A stretch of 64,000 nt of DNA from contig CAXWPJ010000009.1 in the NCBI GenBank assembly GCA_963664115.2, positions 768,001-832,000 of the forward strand, given 5' to 3'. A program made the position numbers and the translations under genes. Below are positions 26,886 through 37,910 of the stretch, piece after piece (position 1 is the first letter of the stretch; every line of letters begins with the position of its first letter). This DNA is from Terriglobia bacterium (lineage in GTDB: Bacteria; Acidobacteriota; Terriglobia; 20CM-2-55-15). The notes under the pieces are model-generated. The model was given only the letters and a program-made list of their open reading frames with translations. It ran no database searches and was not told the origin of the DNA.

Positions 26886-27284
26886 TCACTGAGATCCGTT
26901 GGCCGCGGATTGTTCAGCTGAACTTTCAGAATCCGGACTCGCGGAAGAGGATTTCTTTTGCCGGATCGCTCGCACTTTTTGCAGTTTCTTTTCTGCCTCG
27001 TCAATCCGTACCGTCAGGTATCGTAGAACCGAATCCATGACACGGAAACGCCGTTCCACTTCCTTAATGACGTTGCCGTCCGTCGCTACCGTAAACAACA
27101 CGTAGAATCCCTGGTTGTGCTTCTGGATCTCGTAAGCCAGTCTTTTTCGGCCCAACTTTTCAATGCTCTCGACCTGGCCGCCGCCATCGGTCACCAGGCC
27201 TTCGACCTGAGCATTCAGCTGGTCGATCTCGTCTTCCGGCATATTCGGATCGACGATGAACATGATTTCGTACTTTCTAATCAA
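26886..27284 (-). CDS. rpsF: 30S ribosomal protein S6
   Basis: RKYEIMFIVDP, GRKRLAYEI. Confidence 0.98.
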   Translation of the reverse strand: MIRKYEIMFIVDPNMPEDEIDQLNAQVEGLVTDGGGQVESIEKLGRKRLAYEIQKHNQGFYVLFTVATDGNVIKEVERRFRVMDSVLRYLTVRIDEAEKKLQKVRAIRQKKSSSASPDSESSAEQSAANGSQ

Positions 27285-27339
27285 TGATATTTACTCCAAC
27301 AAACAGCAAGCCGCGGCGTCAAACAGTCGCCGGACCCGA

Positions 27340-27981
27340 TCAGGTTTCCAATTCTCGCAAATCCGTACCGTTGTACTCCGACATGGCAGATCGCGCTCCC
27401 GCTCTCAGTATGTGCTCTACGGCGTCCGCAGCCAGCACTTCGGCACGTCCGAGGGCGTCGCGGTCAGCCTGAGCGACCTCCGATAGTACAAACTCTTTAC
27501 CGTCCTGCACTCCTCGTGCCGGCATTATTCCCACCCGAACTCTAAGGTATTCGTCCGAACCGTAAGCCGAAGCAATCGATTTTAGTCCATTATGTCCACC
27601 GGCAGAACCCCTTTCACGAATTCGTATCTTTCCAAGTGGCAGCGCCAAGTCATCGGAGATCAAAAGCAAACGCGAATCATAACCAAATCTTTCAAGCAGC
27701 GTCACCAGCGCGACGCCGCTCCGGTTCATGTACGTTTTCGGTTGAATAAGGACCGTTGCCACAGGTTCTCGGAGCCGCGCCACCCCCGCTTCTCCTATCC
27801 GCAAGGTCAGTCCGACATCGTAGCGGCCGGCCAGTAATTCTATCACTCGGAAACCCACGTTGTGATAGGACCGTTCGTATCCGGAACCGGGGTTCCCGAG
27901 TCCGATAATCAACCATGGGCCATCGTTTTCCGCTTCATCAGGCACGAATTCACAAAGGGCAAAGCTCCGCCAGTAGAGCAA
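27340..27981 (-). CDS. pth: Peptidyl-tRNA hydrolase (true start probably ~27945)
   Basis: IGLGNPG, HNVGF, PKTYMNRSG, GGHNGLKSI. Confidence 0.95.
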   Translation of the reverse strand: MLYWRSFALCEFVPDEAENDGPWLIIGLGNPGSGYERSYHNVGFRVIELLAGRYDVGLTLRIGEAGVARLREPVATVLIQPKTYMNRSGVALVTLLERFGYDSRLLLISDDLALPLGKIRIRERGSAGGHNGLKSIASAYGSDEYLRVRVGIMPARGVQDGKEFVLSEVAQADRDALGRAEVLAADAVEHILRAGARSAMSEYNGTDLRELET

Positions 27982-27990
27982 CAGAGGCGA

Positions 27991-28674
27991 CTACCCGCCT
28001 TCCCCTTCTTCCTTGTCGCTCTTGGCCGCGACTTGGCCATCCCCTTCTTCTCCCTCTGGGGCACCTTCCACTTCTTCGCCTTCAACCGGGACGGCCTCTT
28101 CCTCTTCTTCCGCACGTAAGGGAACAACGTGTACAACGACGCGGTCTCCATCCTCCAAGATCTCCACCCGCTCCAACACCGGGAGATCCCGGACACGCAG
28201 GCTCTCGTGCATATGCAGTTCGGAGACGTCACATTCGAAACGTTCAGGAATGTCCGCAGGCAGGCACTCGACTTCGATCTCCCGGACAACAACGTCCAGC
28301 AAACCACCTTCCGTCTTGATACCTATTGACTCACCGCGTATCACGATGGGAACGGTCACCTTCAGAACCTGATCCATCGCGACCCTCTGAAAGTCGGCGT
28401 GCAATATGGTTTCTTTAACCGGATCCACCTGCCAATCCTTGAGGATAACGTTATCCGTGTCGCCACCTTCGATCTTTAGATCCAGGATCGTATTGCGTCC
28501 CGCTTCGGATCTCAGGAGCCGAAATATCTCTTTCGGGTCGAGCGCGACGGGCACGGTCTTCCCTGAACCTCCGTACACGACCGCGGGCACCAGCCCGCTT
28601 CGTCGAATCCGCTTCGAAGCACCACTACCGAATTCGGTTCGGGCCTTCGCGTTTACTGTCGTTGTGTCTGCCAT
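27991..28674 (-). CDS. rplY: 50S ribosomal protein L25/Ctc
   Basis: VPAVVYG, HADFQR, long Ctc-type C-terminal domain with an acidic tail. Confidence 0.97.
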   Translation of the reverse strand: MADTTTVNAKARTEFGSGASKRIRRSGLVPAVVYGGSGKTVPVALDPKEIFRLLRSEAGRNTILDLKIEGGDTDNVILKDWQVDPVKETILHADFQRVAMDQVLKVTVPIVIRGESIGIKTEGGLLDVVVREIEVECLPADIPERFECDVSELHMHESLRVRDLPVLERVEILEDGDRVVVHVVPLRAEEEEEAVPVEGEEVEGAPEGEEGDGQVAAKSDKEEGEGG

Positions 28675-28722
28675 CGTTTCTCTTCCTCAAACTGTCCTCT
28701 GTTTCTTCCGGGTCGAGCAGCG

Positions 28723-29661
28723 CTATATAAACAATACACTGACCGAAGTCTCCTCGTGAATGGACACTATCGCTTGTGCCAATAGCTCTGCCACGCTGAG
28801 GACGTGAACCTTGCCACACTCTTGGGCCGCCTCATTCAACGGCACCGTATCAGTAATTACGAGTTCTGCTAATGAAGACTTATGAATTCTCTCCGCAGCT
28901 GGACCGGACAAAACACCGTGGGTTGCACAGGCATAAACCTCCCGCGCTCCGGCTTCCCGCAAAGCTTCAACGGTGTTGACGAGCGTACCGGCCGTATCCA
29001 CCATGTCGTCTACGATAAGGGCCGAGCGGCCATTGACATCCCCGATCACGTTCATCACTTCGGCAACGTTCGCCACGTTGCGACGCTTGTCGATGATCGC
29101 CAATTCGCCTTGGAGGCGCTTCGCAAACGCCCGCGCACGTTCGACTCCTCCCGCATCGGGAGAAACGACAGTCAGTTTCGGAAGACTCAGCTTCTGGAAA
29201 AAATCCACCAACACCGGTGCCGCAAAAAGGTGATCGACGGGAATGTTGAAGAAACCCTGGATCTGGGCCGCGTGCAGGTCCATCGTCAACAAACGGTCCG
29301 AATTGAGCGCCAGTACGTCGGAAACGACCTTGGATGAGATCGGAACCCGGGGTTTGTCCTTCCTGTCCTGCCGCGCGTATCCAAAATAAGGCAGGACGGC
29401 CGTGATCCGCCGGGCTGACGACCGACGAAACGCGTCGATCATCAGCATGAGTTCCACCAGATTATCGTTGACAGGCGGACAGGTGGGCTGGACCACAAAG
29501 ACGTCGGCGCCTCGAACGTTTTCCAAAATCTGAAAGTAGATTTCTCCGTCGGCGAACCGGGTCGTCGAACACTCTCCAAGTTTGCAGCCCAGGTGCTTGG
29601 AGATATCACGCGCCAGTTCCTGGTTCGCGGATCCTGCAAATACCTTCAGTTCGTTGGTCAT
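28723..29661 (-). CDS. prs: Ribose-phosphate pyrophosphokinase
   Basis: [40 protein letters not shown]. Confidence 0.98.
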   Translation of the reverse strand: MTNELKVFAGSANQELARDISKHLGCKLGECSTTRFADGEIYFQILENVRGADVFVVQPTCPPVNDNLVELMLMIDAFRRSSARRITAVLPYFGYARQDRKDKPRVPISSKVVSDVLALNSDRLLTMDLHAAQIQGFFNIPVDHLFAAPVLVDFFQKLSLPKLTVVSPDAGGVERARAFAKRLQGELAIIDKRRNVANVAEVMNVIGDVNGRSALIVDDMVDTAGTLVNTVEALREAGAREVYACATHGVLSGPAAERIHKSSLAELVITDTVPLNEAAQECGKVHVLSVAELLAQAIVSIHEETSVSVLFI

Positions 29662-29701
29662 TATCTCTGAAGTAGTCCGCTTGCTACCGTAGTCTGTCGA
29701 A

Positions 29702-29773
29702 CTGGGGCGGGAGGATTCGAACCTCCGAATGCAGGTGCCAAAGACCTGTGCCTTACCGCTTGGCCACGCCCCA
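29702..29773 (-). tRNA. tRNA-Gln (TTG)
   Basis: TGGGGCGTGGCCAAGCGGTAAGGCACAGGTCTTTGGCACCTGCATTCGGAGGTTCGAATCCTCCCGCCCCAG, with U1-A72; classic ispE-tRNAGln-prs position. Confidence 0.97.
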
Positions 29774-29785
29774 TCGGGTGTCCGG

Positions 29786-30670
29786 TCAATTCTTGAACAT
29801 CTCCCTGAAATATTCCGATCGTTTTACCGGTCGCGTCAAGCTCACATCGAGTTCCCACTCTAAAACCGAGATGGCTTTCCTGGCATCAGACTGCGCACTG
29901 AATTGCCCGAACACAGTCGCACCGCTACCCGTCAACGAAGCGAAGCGGGCCCCTGAGCCCAACAATTTCCGTTTTATCTCTGCAAGTTCAGGGAATCGGC
30001 GAAAAAGCGGCGTCTCGAAATCGTTCGGACCGGTGTCGAGCGCCAGCTCATCGTCCCTCTGCGGCGACACAAAACGAGCACAGAAACTTAACATGTTATT
30101 GAAGCTAACAGACTCGGTCAACCAGGAATACGCTTCGGCAGTATCGATGGTGAGACCGGGATTCACCAGAACGAGCCAGTAATCCGCCTCGTCTTCGAGT
30201 GGAAACAGCTTTTCTCCCCGGCCAACACCGAGCGCTCTGCCACCCACTGAAAAGAACGGAACGTCCGATCCCAAAGCCTTCAGGATGCTAAAGAGTCTTT
30301 CACCTGGAAGCCGGGTTCCGAATCTCCGATCTAGCCCCAACAGCGTTGTGGCCGCGTCCGCACTACCTCCACCCAGGCCAGCACCCGCAGGAATTCGCTT
30401 GATCAATTCCATCCGGACGGGAACCTTGATCGAAGTTTCTTCCTCAAAAGCTCGCACCGCACGTACGACAAGATTGGAGTCGTCCCCTGGCCCATGGGTT
30501 GCTGTGAATTCAAACGTTTTCGCAGGCGAAACTCGAATTTCGTCGTGCAAGGCTATGGTCTGAAGCAGCGTTCGAATTTCGTGATAGCCATCGGAGCGTT
30601 GACCAAGAACGCGCAGTTCCAAATTCACCTTGGCGAAAGCCCTCCAAATTTCGTTTCCGATTCCCGTCAC
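29786..30670 (-). CDS. ispE: 4-diphosphocytidyl-2-C-methyl-D-erythritol kinase
   Basis: [34 protein letters not shown]. Confidence 0.97.
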   Translation of the reverse strand: MTGIGNEIWRAFAKVNLELRVLGQRSDGYHEIRTLLQTIALHDEIRVSPAKTFEFTATHGPGDDSNLVVRAVRAFEEETSIKVPVRMELIKRIPAGAGLGGGSADAATTLLGLDRRFGTRLPGERLFSILKALGSDVPFFSVGGRALGVGRGEKLFPLEDEADYWLVLVNPGLTIDTAEAYSWLTESVSFNNMLSFCARFVSPQRDDELALDTGPNDFETPLFRRFPELAEIKRKLLGSGARFASLTGSGATVFGQFSAQSDARKAISVLEWELDVSLTRPVKRSEYFREMFKN

Positions 30671-30918
30671 CGAATGCCCTTATCTGGAACCGTCGGATTA
30701 TCGCAATCTGTTATTATCATTGCCGTTAAGGATATACCGCACCGCTGTTAGCAGGGCAGTGTGTAGGTCAATCTGGCAGTTCCCCTAATCCGAGCGTGTG
30801 GCATAACGCGCGGCTGGAGCCGGAGAACTTCCCTCCGACTAGAAAAGCTAGGCAAGGATACGGGTGAGGTAAGAGTTCCGAACGATTGAGCACCTACGCG
30901 AACGAAATGCCACCGCCA

Positions 30919-32694
30919 TTACTCCAGGTAGAAAGTCAGGGTCAACTGAAAAGAGTACTCGGTCGATTCAAATCCCCGCCGCGCCGGCTCGAAACGCCAC
31001 CGGCCGACCGCATCGAGGGCTGCGGCGGACAACTCGGGGTCCCCGGAACTTCGAACGCGAAGTTCTGCAATCCTTCCTCGACGGTCCAGATCCACATCAA
31101 GAACGACACGTCCCGCTATACCCCGCCGCCTCAAATCAGCTGAGTAATCCGGCATGGGAGCATCCATAAGAGGCGGAGCCGTGACTCCCTGCGTTCCACC
31201 GGACGAAAGCGAGTAACTGATCCGACCCACCGGAGCCGGCGTCTCGGGAACAGGGACCGGTCGCGGATCGACCCTATCGGCAATCACCTCGACCTCGCGA
31301 CGCAGTTCCTCCACACGTTCGGCTTCTCTTAAGCGGCGCTGGGATTCCATTTTCCTGTAAAACTCGGGTACGAGCCGGTCGTAACGCTCCAGCGACGACG
31401 GGTCTGCATGGGGCAGGGAGGCGGCGATCTGAATGTAGTTGCCGGCCGTCTCATAGTCGCCGAGACTCATCTGTGCCTCGGCGAGGATTTCGTAGAAGCG
31501 ATCTCCGAGTTCGGGCTCCAAGCGCAGGGCCTGATCGACGAGCGCCGACGCCGCGCTGGGCCTTTCATCAAGAACGTACAACCAACCCAGCTCCGCACGC
31601 GCCCTTCCAGACCGTGGCATCAACTCAATTGCACGCTCGAGCGCGACTATCTGCGCCCTACGATCTTCATCCGTTTCCGGCTCGAGGATTCCCAGGTAAT
31701 AGTAGGCAAGGCCCGACTCCGGGAAGTCCTCGACGAGTCGTTCGAAGGTTCGGCGGCCTCCCGATCCGGCTCGGCCTTGTCCCAGTACAGCCAATCCGAT
31801 GCGTCCAGCTTCCAGCAGACTGTCCGCGTAGAAACTCCTGGCGCGCGGTCCGAATCCGGCGGAGACCGCAAGGTCTCCCAGCATGGCATTGAGTTCGCCT
31901 GTTCTCACAGGCCGGGACTCCGACCTTAGACGCGTCGCCAAAAACGGTAAGGAACCAACCTCATGCTGAAACAACTGGCTCTCCACGCTCTCGGTCGCGA
32001 CCCCCAGAGTGGCATCGGATCCCTCTTCTTCTCCCAACGACCGCACATAAGCGTCTAATGCTTCCGGATGCCGATCGAGGAGGATACGCAATAGGTGGTA
32101 GGACTGAAGTCGAAAGACCCCTCCCTCGACGAGGTCATCGTAATTCTGGCTGGGCACGATGGTTAGGACGTCGGAGAGAGAAAATCCGTCTTCGCGCGAT
32201 ACCGGATCGTCGTCACCACCCCGGCCCAGCCGTCTCAGGTATTCTCCGATTCCCTCCTGCAACCAGAACGGTTGCCACAACACGGATCGCGACAACAGGA
32301 GGTGTCCCAGAGCATGGCCGACGTCGTCGGCGATAGATTCGGGCGAACTATCGCGCGCGAGCACAAAGGGCCCCCCGCTACCCGGCAGGAGATAGGCGGC
32401 GAGGTTGTGGATCTTCAGGGGTTCGGGAACCCATCCAAGGAAATCCTGCCTATCGTCAATCAAGACGACACGGATGCGCAACGCCCGCGGTTCCAGCGGA
32501 TAGAAGACCTGGGAAAAGACTTGATATCGTCCTTCGAGATCATCGAGAAGCCGTCCGCCCTTATCGGGATCGGTGTCCGTGTAGAGGACGAAATGTTCCG
32601 ATTCCTGCGCGATCCATTCCGATTGTGCCCGGAGAACGGACGGCGATAACATCAGTCCGACCAGTAAGATTAGGATCGATCGCCTCTGTTTCAT
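30919..32694 (-). CDS. Secreted protein: peptidase-MA/DUF1570-like domain, TPRs and a C-terminal TonB domain
   Basis: Signal peptide (..VLRA|Q), HALGH...PFWLQEGIGEY, TPR-like helices, Pro-rich linker, TonB_C pattern PDYS..LRRRGIAGRVVLDVDLDRRG...AALDAVGRWRFEPA. Confidence 0.75.
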   Translation of the reverse strand: MKQRRSILILLVGLMLSPSVLRAQSEWIAQESEHFVLYTDTDPDKGGRLLDDLEGRYQVFSQVFYPLEPRALRIRVVLIDDRQDFLGWVPEPLKIHNLAAYLLPGSGGPFVLARDSSPESIADDVGHALGHLLLSRSVLWQPFWLQEGIGEYLRRLGRGGDDDPVSREDGFSLSDVLTIVPSQNYDDLVEGGVFRLQSYHLLRILLDRHPEALDAYVRSLGEEEGSDATLGVATESVESQLFQHEVGSLPFLATRLRSESRPVRTGELNAMLGDLAVSAGFGPRARSFYADSLLEAGRIGLAVLGQGRAGSGGRRTFERLVEDFPESGLAYYYLGILEPETDEDRRAQIVALERAIELMPRSGRARAELGWLYVLDERPSAASALVDQALRLEPELGDRFYEILAEAQMSLGDYETAGNYIQIAASLPHADPSSLERYDRLVPEFYRKMESQRRLREAERVEELRREVEVIADRVDPRPVPVPETPAPVGRISYSLSSGGTQGVTAPPLMDAPMPDYSADLRRRGIAGRVVLDVDLDRRGRIAELRVRSSGDPELSAAALDAVGRWRFEPARRGFESTEYSFQLTLTFYLE

Positions 32695-32718
32695 ATTTCC
32701 AAAGCAGGTCGTTGGTTC

Positions 32719-34632
32719 TTACGGAGCAGCCACAAATTCGACTTTATTTGGCACTCCGGCAAACTCGCCGCCTTCGGGCGCCGCCTGGAAGGTGATCACA
32801 ACCGGAGCAGGGGGGTCCAAGGGGCCACAACTCACTTCACTGCCCACGTCGGCACTGAACGTCGCAAACTCAACTCGCTCGGGTGAATCTGTATGAAACA
32901 AGTACGTGCCAGAATCCGCCTCGACGGTCAATGTCAGCCCTTCCCGGCAGTCGATCAAGCTCAGCAATCCGTTCTGTTGTTCGCCACTCACGATGCGGGT
33001 CAACTCAAACCGGTCGAACCCGAGGTTCGGAGAAACCAACTCTTCCGGAGCCGGTAGGGCGGGCTCCACGTCTGCTTCCGATGCTGCCGGTTCGGAATCG
33101 GCCCGGGTTATTTCAACAAATCCTTCTCCAATCACACCCCTGTTGCCTTCGAGCCCCTGAATCGACTGCAAAACCGACTGGGCTCGACTGCGGGTGTCCG
33201 GATGCTGAATCGCATCGAGCAGAGGAATGAGAAGCGTTCGGACATCGGAGAATCGTTCCTGCTCAATGAAGACCCTGCCAAGGCTGATTCGATAGTCAGG
33301 GTGTCGGGGTCTGAGTTCAAGCGCGACGTCGAGAAGATCGGCTGCTTCATCCAGATTTTCGTTTGCGCTCAAGTAACTGAGCGCCAATGCCTCATAGCTG
33401 TCAGCAAATCGAGGACCGATTCGTATCGCCTCCCGCAACGCGGCGCGGGCCTCATCCTGCCGATCCGGGCTGGGCTCCGCATCGCCTCTGACCAGGGAAA
33501 GCGCGTAGTAGTAATGACTGAGGAAATCAGCATCGCTTCCATTGACCACCGGCTCCAAATTGAGACGCGCCTCCTCGAATCGTGCCTGATCGATCAGGAG
33601 CCGGCTCATTACGACGCGGGGAACCCCCGAACCGGGATTCAGTTCGATCGCGCCCCGGAGCCGCTCCCGCGCCGCGTCGGTCGCGCCCTGACGAATCAAC
33701 AACTCGGCGAGTTGCGTTTCGACTTCGGCCGGAGAAATCCCCGCGGTTTCGGCCGGGCCCACTCCACGCGATGCATTTCCAACAGCCAACGTGAGGTAGG
33801 GATAGGTTCCCCGTTGCTGCACGTTGTTTTCGAATTCACTCAACAAAGTCCGAAAATTCGTGCCGAGGGCACCGCCCACGGCTTCTTCGAAAGAGATTCC
33901 CGATGCCATCAAGCGAACGAAACGGATCATCGCCGCATACCCCTGACCCTCGTTCCGCGTCATGAGAAAGTGAACGAAGGCCCAGGTCTGGGCATGGAAG
34001 ATGTCTTCCCTATCGGTCTCGTCATAGGAGTCCGAATCCGGGCTGAAGTCGAATAGCTGGTCGAAAGTCAACCGGACACGCTCGTCGCGTACGAGTCTCA
34101 CAAAGGAGTCTATCGGCCGCCCGATCTGAAGTTCTGTCCCTTCCGTCGACCACGTGGTGGTCCGATAAAACTCAGCTAATCCCTCCACAAGCCACAGCGG
34201 CGCATTGGGAATAGTTTTCTCGGCAATCGCATGGAAATAATCGTGAAGAACACGATCGAAAGGCCTCCGCCGGCTGGATTCGGTGAGCATGGCGATGTAG
34301 TTCTCACCGTCATCCGGTAAGAAATACGCATCGCTACCGGTCAGACCCAACTCTTCCAGCGAGTCGTCATCGTCCACAACCACTACGGTCATGGGTCCCG
34401 GTTCCGGATATTGACGACTGCTGAATATTTCTGTTATCGCTGAATGAAAGGCCTCAAAGCGTGTCGCCACGTCTACGAGGTCTCCGTCATCAACGTCACC
34501 GACAAACCTGTAGTTTGCTGAGCGCAGTTCAAGCCAACGCTCCTGAGCTTCGGCCACGTCGGGACCCAGCAGAAATACAACAAGTATGCCAACCACTGTA
34601 GTCCACGACCTTGCGCTAGTTTTGGCTCTCAC
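32719..34632 (-). CDS. Secreted peptidase-MA/DUF1570-like plus TPR protein
   Basis: Signal peptide (..AEA|Q), HDYFH...PLWLVEGLAEFY, AQTWAFVHFL, several TPRs, small C-terminal beta domain with two Cys. Confidence 0.72.
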   Translation of the reverse strand: MRAKTSARSWTTVVGILVVFLLGPDVAEAQERWLELRSANYRFVGDVDDGDLVDVATRFEAFHSAITEIFSSRQYPEPGPMTVVVVDDDDSLEELGLTGSDAYFLPDDGENYIAMLTESSRRRPFDRVLHDYFHAIAEKTIPNAPLWLVEGLAEFYRTTTWSTEGTELQIGRPIDSFVRLVRDERVRLTFDQLFDFSPDSDSYDETDREDIFHAQTWAFVHFLMTRNEGQGYAAMIRFVRLMASGISFEEAVGGALGTNFRTLLSEFENNVQQRGTYPYLTLAVGNASRGVGPAETAGISPAEVETQLAELLIRQGATDAARERLRGAIELNPGSGVPRVVMSRLLIDQARFEEARLNLEPVVNGSDADFLSHYYYALSLVRGDAEPSPDRQDEARAALREAIRIGPRFADSYEALALSYLSANENLDEAADLLDVALELRPRHPDYRISLGRVFIEQERFSDVRTLLIPLLDAIQHPDTRSRAQSVLQSIQGLEGNRGVIGEGFVEITRADSEPAASEADVEPALPAPEELVSPNLGFDRFELTRIVSGEQQNGLLSLIDCREGLTLTVEADSGTYLFHTDSPERVEFATFSADVGSEVSCGPLDPPAPVVITFQAAPEGGEFAGVPNKVEFVAAP

Positions 34633-34668
34633 AATGGATATGCGGTGTTTGTCGGGTAAACGCGAAAA

Positions 34669-35325
34669 CTACTTTTCTACCGGAACCTGCATCTTTTCCC
34701 AGTCCTTGAGGAATTGGGCAAGTCCCGAGTCGGTCAAAGGATGCTTCATAAGTTGCAAGAATACTTTGAAGGGCAAGGTGCAGACGTCCGCCCCAAGCCG
34801 AGCTGCTTCGACAATGTGCATGGGACCTCGAATCGAGGCAGTCAACACTTCGGTGCTGTAGTCGTAGTTGTCGAAAATTGTAACGATATCGGCAATCAAC
34901 GACATTCCTTCCTGAGAAATATCGTCCAGCCGGCCGACAAACGGACTGACGAAACGCGCACCCGCTTTCGCCGCCATAATCGCCTGCGGGACGGAGAATA
35001 TCAAAGTCACATTGATCCCGATGTTTTCGTCGCTCAACTTTTTAGTCGCTTTAAGGCCCTCCAGGGTAAAAGGACACTTGACCACTATATTCGGATGGAC
35101 CGCGGCCAGACTACGGCCTTCCGCGATCATGCCCTCAGCTTCCAGACTGACCACCTCGGCACTGACAGGACCGTCGACTATGGAGCAAATCTTAAGCAAC
35201 TGGTCTTCAAAATCGTTCCCCTCTTTCGCAATCAGCGAAGGGTTCGTGGTCACGCCGTCCAGAATGCCAGTGCTGGCGGCCTCGCGAATTTCGCCCAGGT
35301 TGGCGGTGTCGAGGAAGAATTTCAT
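34669..35325 (-). CDS. tal: Transaldolase / fructose-6-phosphate aldolase (short TalC type)
   Basis: [36 protein letters not shown]. Confidence 0.93.
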   Translation of the reverse strand: MKFFLDTANLGEIREAASTGILDGVTTNPSLIAKEGNDFEDQLLKICSIVDGPVSAEVVSLEAEGMIAEGRSLAAVHPNIVVKCPFTLEGLKATKKLSDENIGINVTLIFSVPQAIMAAKAGARFVSPFVGRLDDISQEGMSLIADIVTIFDNYDYSTEVLTASIRGPMHIVEAARLGADVCTLPFKVFLQLMKHPLTDSGLAQFLKDWEKMQVPVEK

Positions 35326-35511
35326 ACCCCGGGATCCTCCTTACATGCGGGCCCACTCCTGTGGGCTGCTGGGTGGTTACATGATCGTTGGCTATCGGCC
35401 CTATTCTACAGAATTTTTCGCGCTCTGACACGAACGCGGCAGCAGCCATTTAAACATCCGGGCAGTTGTTGCTGTTCGAAAGCAAATCGGGACCGACGGG
35501 ACCCTCCGGAT

Positions 35512-36489
35512 CTACTCGTCGATCGATGTCGAAATCGGACTTTCGTTGCCGGATCGATCCAGTGCTGTTACCGCGTATTCGAACCCGGGCTGATACTCGG
35601 GATCTTGAAACGCATTGGTCGCTTGCCCGTCGGGGCTCACCCGGCGGAAGTCTTCGTTCCCCGCAACACGCCTGAACACGTTATAACGAACGACATCGCT
35701 TTCAGGACTGAATTGCCACCGGATGAAAACGCCGCCTTGAAAGGGCGTGAGTGAGAGATCGGAGGGAGCACTCGGAGGCGTGCGATCCAGCGCCGTCACC
35801 GATACGGCCTCATAGGGCAACCCGGCCACCAAACCGGACACACCCTCGCGAACAGGGACAATTGTATAGATATAGGTCTCACCCACCCTGTAACGGGTGT
35901 CTTCGAATCGAGGAACCGAGAGTAGAGTGTCCCCCTCACCCGAGAGTAGCTCCCCGGAACGATAGATGCGATAGCCGTCGGTAATACCGGCTCCATTTTG
36001 AGGTGGCTCCCACTCCAGTGTCATTCGGTTTTGGTCAACCTCAGCACGGACACCGGAACCCGGGCCCGGGACTTCGATCACCATCACCTGTACCCGAGGC
36101 GACTGTGCGGAAATCCTTCCCCGAGTCGTCTCGAAGTGGATCGTGTACTGCTGGGTGGAACCCACGAGGTCCCGCCCCGGTAGCACTACCGTTTGGTATT
36201 CGCCTGGCCCTCGGACTTGGATTGCGGCAACTACGGTTTCGTTTTCTAAGATGACAGCCCGATCCAGATCAACCGAGGCCGATAGATCTACATTTCTGGA
36301 AGGATTCGTCCAGGCCAAGTGAAGTTCGTAGCCGACCTGCTCCACACCGAAGTCGTCAGCAGATTCCGGAATGCTCAGGAACGGTGGCTGGGGGTCCCCG
36401 ACCTTGCCGCATCCAAGGGCAAACAAGACAGGCAGTAGGGCAACAACAGACCAATCCCTTAACAGGCTTGCGATTGGTGGTCTTCTCAC
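35512..36489 (-). CDS. Fibronectin type III domain lipoprotein
   Basis: Lipobox LFALG|C, CGKVGDPQPP, FN3 signatures (LEWEPP..GYRIYR; W..SPESDVVRYNVFR; YAVTALDRSGNES). Confidence 0.8.
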   Translation of the reverse strand: MRRPPIASLLRDWSVVALLPVLFALGCGKVGDPQPPFLSIPESADDFGVEQVGYELHLAWTNPSRNVDLSASVDLDRAVILENETVVAAIQVRGPGEYQTVVLPGRDLVGSTQQYTIHFETTRGRISAQSPRVQVMVIEVPGPGSGVRAEVDQNRMTLEWEPPQNGAGITDGYRIYRSGELLSGEGDTLLSVPRFEDTRYRVGETYIYTIVPVREGVSGLVAGLPYEAVSVTALDRTPPSAPSDLSLTPFQGGVFIRWQFSPESDVVRYNVFRRVAGNEDFRRVSPDGQATNAFQDPEYQPGFEYAVTALDRSGNESPISTSIDE

Positions 36490-36501
36490 CGGGGGTTAAG
36501 G

Positions 36502-37887
36502 CTACAGAATGTAGCGACTCAAATCCTGATCCTTGACGATTTCGTTGAGCATCTTCTCAACGTAGGCGGCATCAATGTTGACGTTCTTCTCAGTCAGGTC
36601 AGGCCCTTCAAATGATATTTCGTCCAGGAGCTTTTCCATGATCGTGTGGAGACGTCGCGCTCCGATGTTTTCAGTGTTCTCGTTAACTAATGCCGCGAAT
36701 CTCGCGATCTCGAAAACGGCCTCCTCGGTGAACGACAGACGAATCCCTTCGGTCTCCATCAATGCGCGGTACTGCTTGATCAGTGCGTTCTGTGGCTCGG
36801 TCAGGATCCGGATGAAGTCTTCAACCGAAAGCGATTCCAACTCGACGCGAATTGGAAACCGTCCCTGTAGTTCAGGAATCAGGTCGGAGGGTTTACTGAC
36901 ATGAAACGCTCCGGCAGCGATAAAGAGAATGTGATCCGTCCGTATCATGCCGTATCGCGTGTTGATCGTGGTGCCCTCGACAATAGGAAGGATGTCTCTC
37001 TGGACGCCTTCGCGACTCACATCGGGTCCGTGACCGGATTCCCGGCCTGCGATCTTGTCGATCTCATCAAGAAAAACGATTCCGTTGTTTTCGACACGTT
37101 CGACAGCAATCCGAGTCACCTGTTCCATATCCACGAGCTTCTGCTCTTCTTCCTGGATGAGGTGCTCGACGGCCCCAACTACTTTCATCTTTCTCTTCTT
37201 CGTGCGCTGACCCAGAAAACCGGGAAGGATATCCTTAATATTGATATCCATCTCTTCGATACCGCTATTGGAGATGACTTCGAAAGCCGGGAAGCTCCGC
37301 TCCTTCACCTCGACTTCGACCGTGCGATCATCTAGTTTCCCGTCGCGAAGCTGAGAGCGTAGTTTCTCTCGCGTTCTATTCCATTGCGCCGCACTTCGCT
37401 CTCCCGCCTCGGGGTCAGCGTCACCGGTCGAGACAGGCAGTGGTGGCAACAGGAGATCCAGAATTCTTTCTTCGGCGTTGAGCTCGGCTTTCTCAGCGAC
37501 CTCTTCAAGTTTCTCGTTACGAACCATTTCAATGGATAGCTCGGCGAGATCCCGGATCATTGACTCCACATCACGCCCGACATAACCCACTTCGGTGAAC
37601 TTGGAGGCTTCCACTTTCACGAACGGGGAGTTCGCAAGCTTCGCCAACCGGCGTGCTATTTCAGTTTTTCCCACCCCGGTTGGCCCGATCATGATGATGT
37701 TCTTGGGCATGACCTCTTCAGCCATCTCCGGGGTGAGTTTCTGGCGGCGCACCCTGTTACGAAGCGCAATGGCAACGGCTCGCTTCGCAGCCCCCTGACC
37801 GATGACGTACTTGTCCAGTTCCCGAACGGTCTCTCGGGGAGTCAGGTCGTCAAGATGCGGTGCCGGAACTGCGTCGTACGCAAACAT
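36502..37887 (-). CDS. hslU: ATP-dependent protease ATPase subunit HslU
   Basis: [44 protein letters not shown]. Confidence 0.99.
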   Translation of the reverse strand: MFAYDAVPAPHLDDLTPRETVRELDKYVIGQGAAKRAVAIALRNRVRRQKLTPEMAEEVMPKNIIMIGPTGVGKTEIARRLAKLANSPFVKVEASKFTEVGYVGRDVESMIRDLAELSIEMVRNEKLEEVAEKAELNAEERILDLLLPPLPVSTGDADPEAGERSAAQWNRTREKLRSQLRDGKLDDRTVEVEVKERSFPAFEVISNSGIEEMDINIKDILPGFLGQRTKKRKMKVVGAVEHLIQEEEQKLVDMEQVTRIAVERVENNGIVFLDEIDKIAGRESGHGPDVSREGVQRDILPIVEGTTINTRYGMIRTDHILFIAAGAFHVSKPSDLIPELQGRFPIRVELESLSVEDFIRILTEPQNALIKQYRALMETEGIRLSFTEEAVFEIARFAALVNENTENIGARRLHTIMEKLLDEISFEGPDLTEKNVNIDAAYVEKMLNEIVKDQDLSRYIL

Positions 37888-37910
37888 GGGATTATGGGAG
37901 TTTTTTGAGG

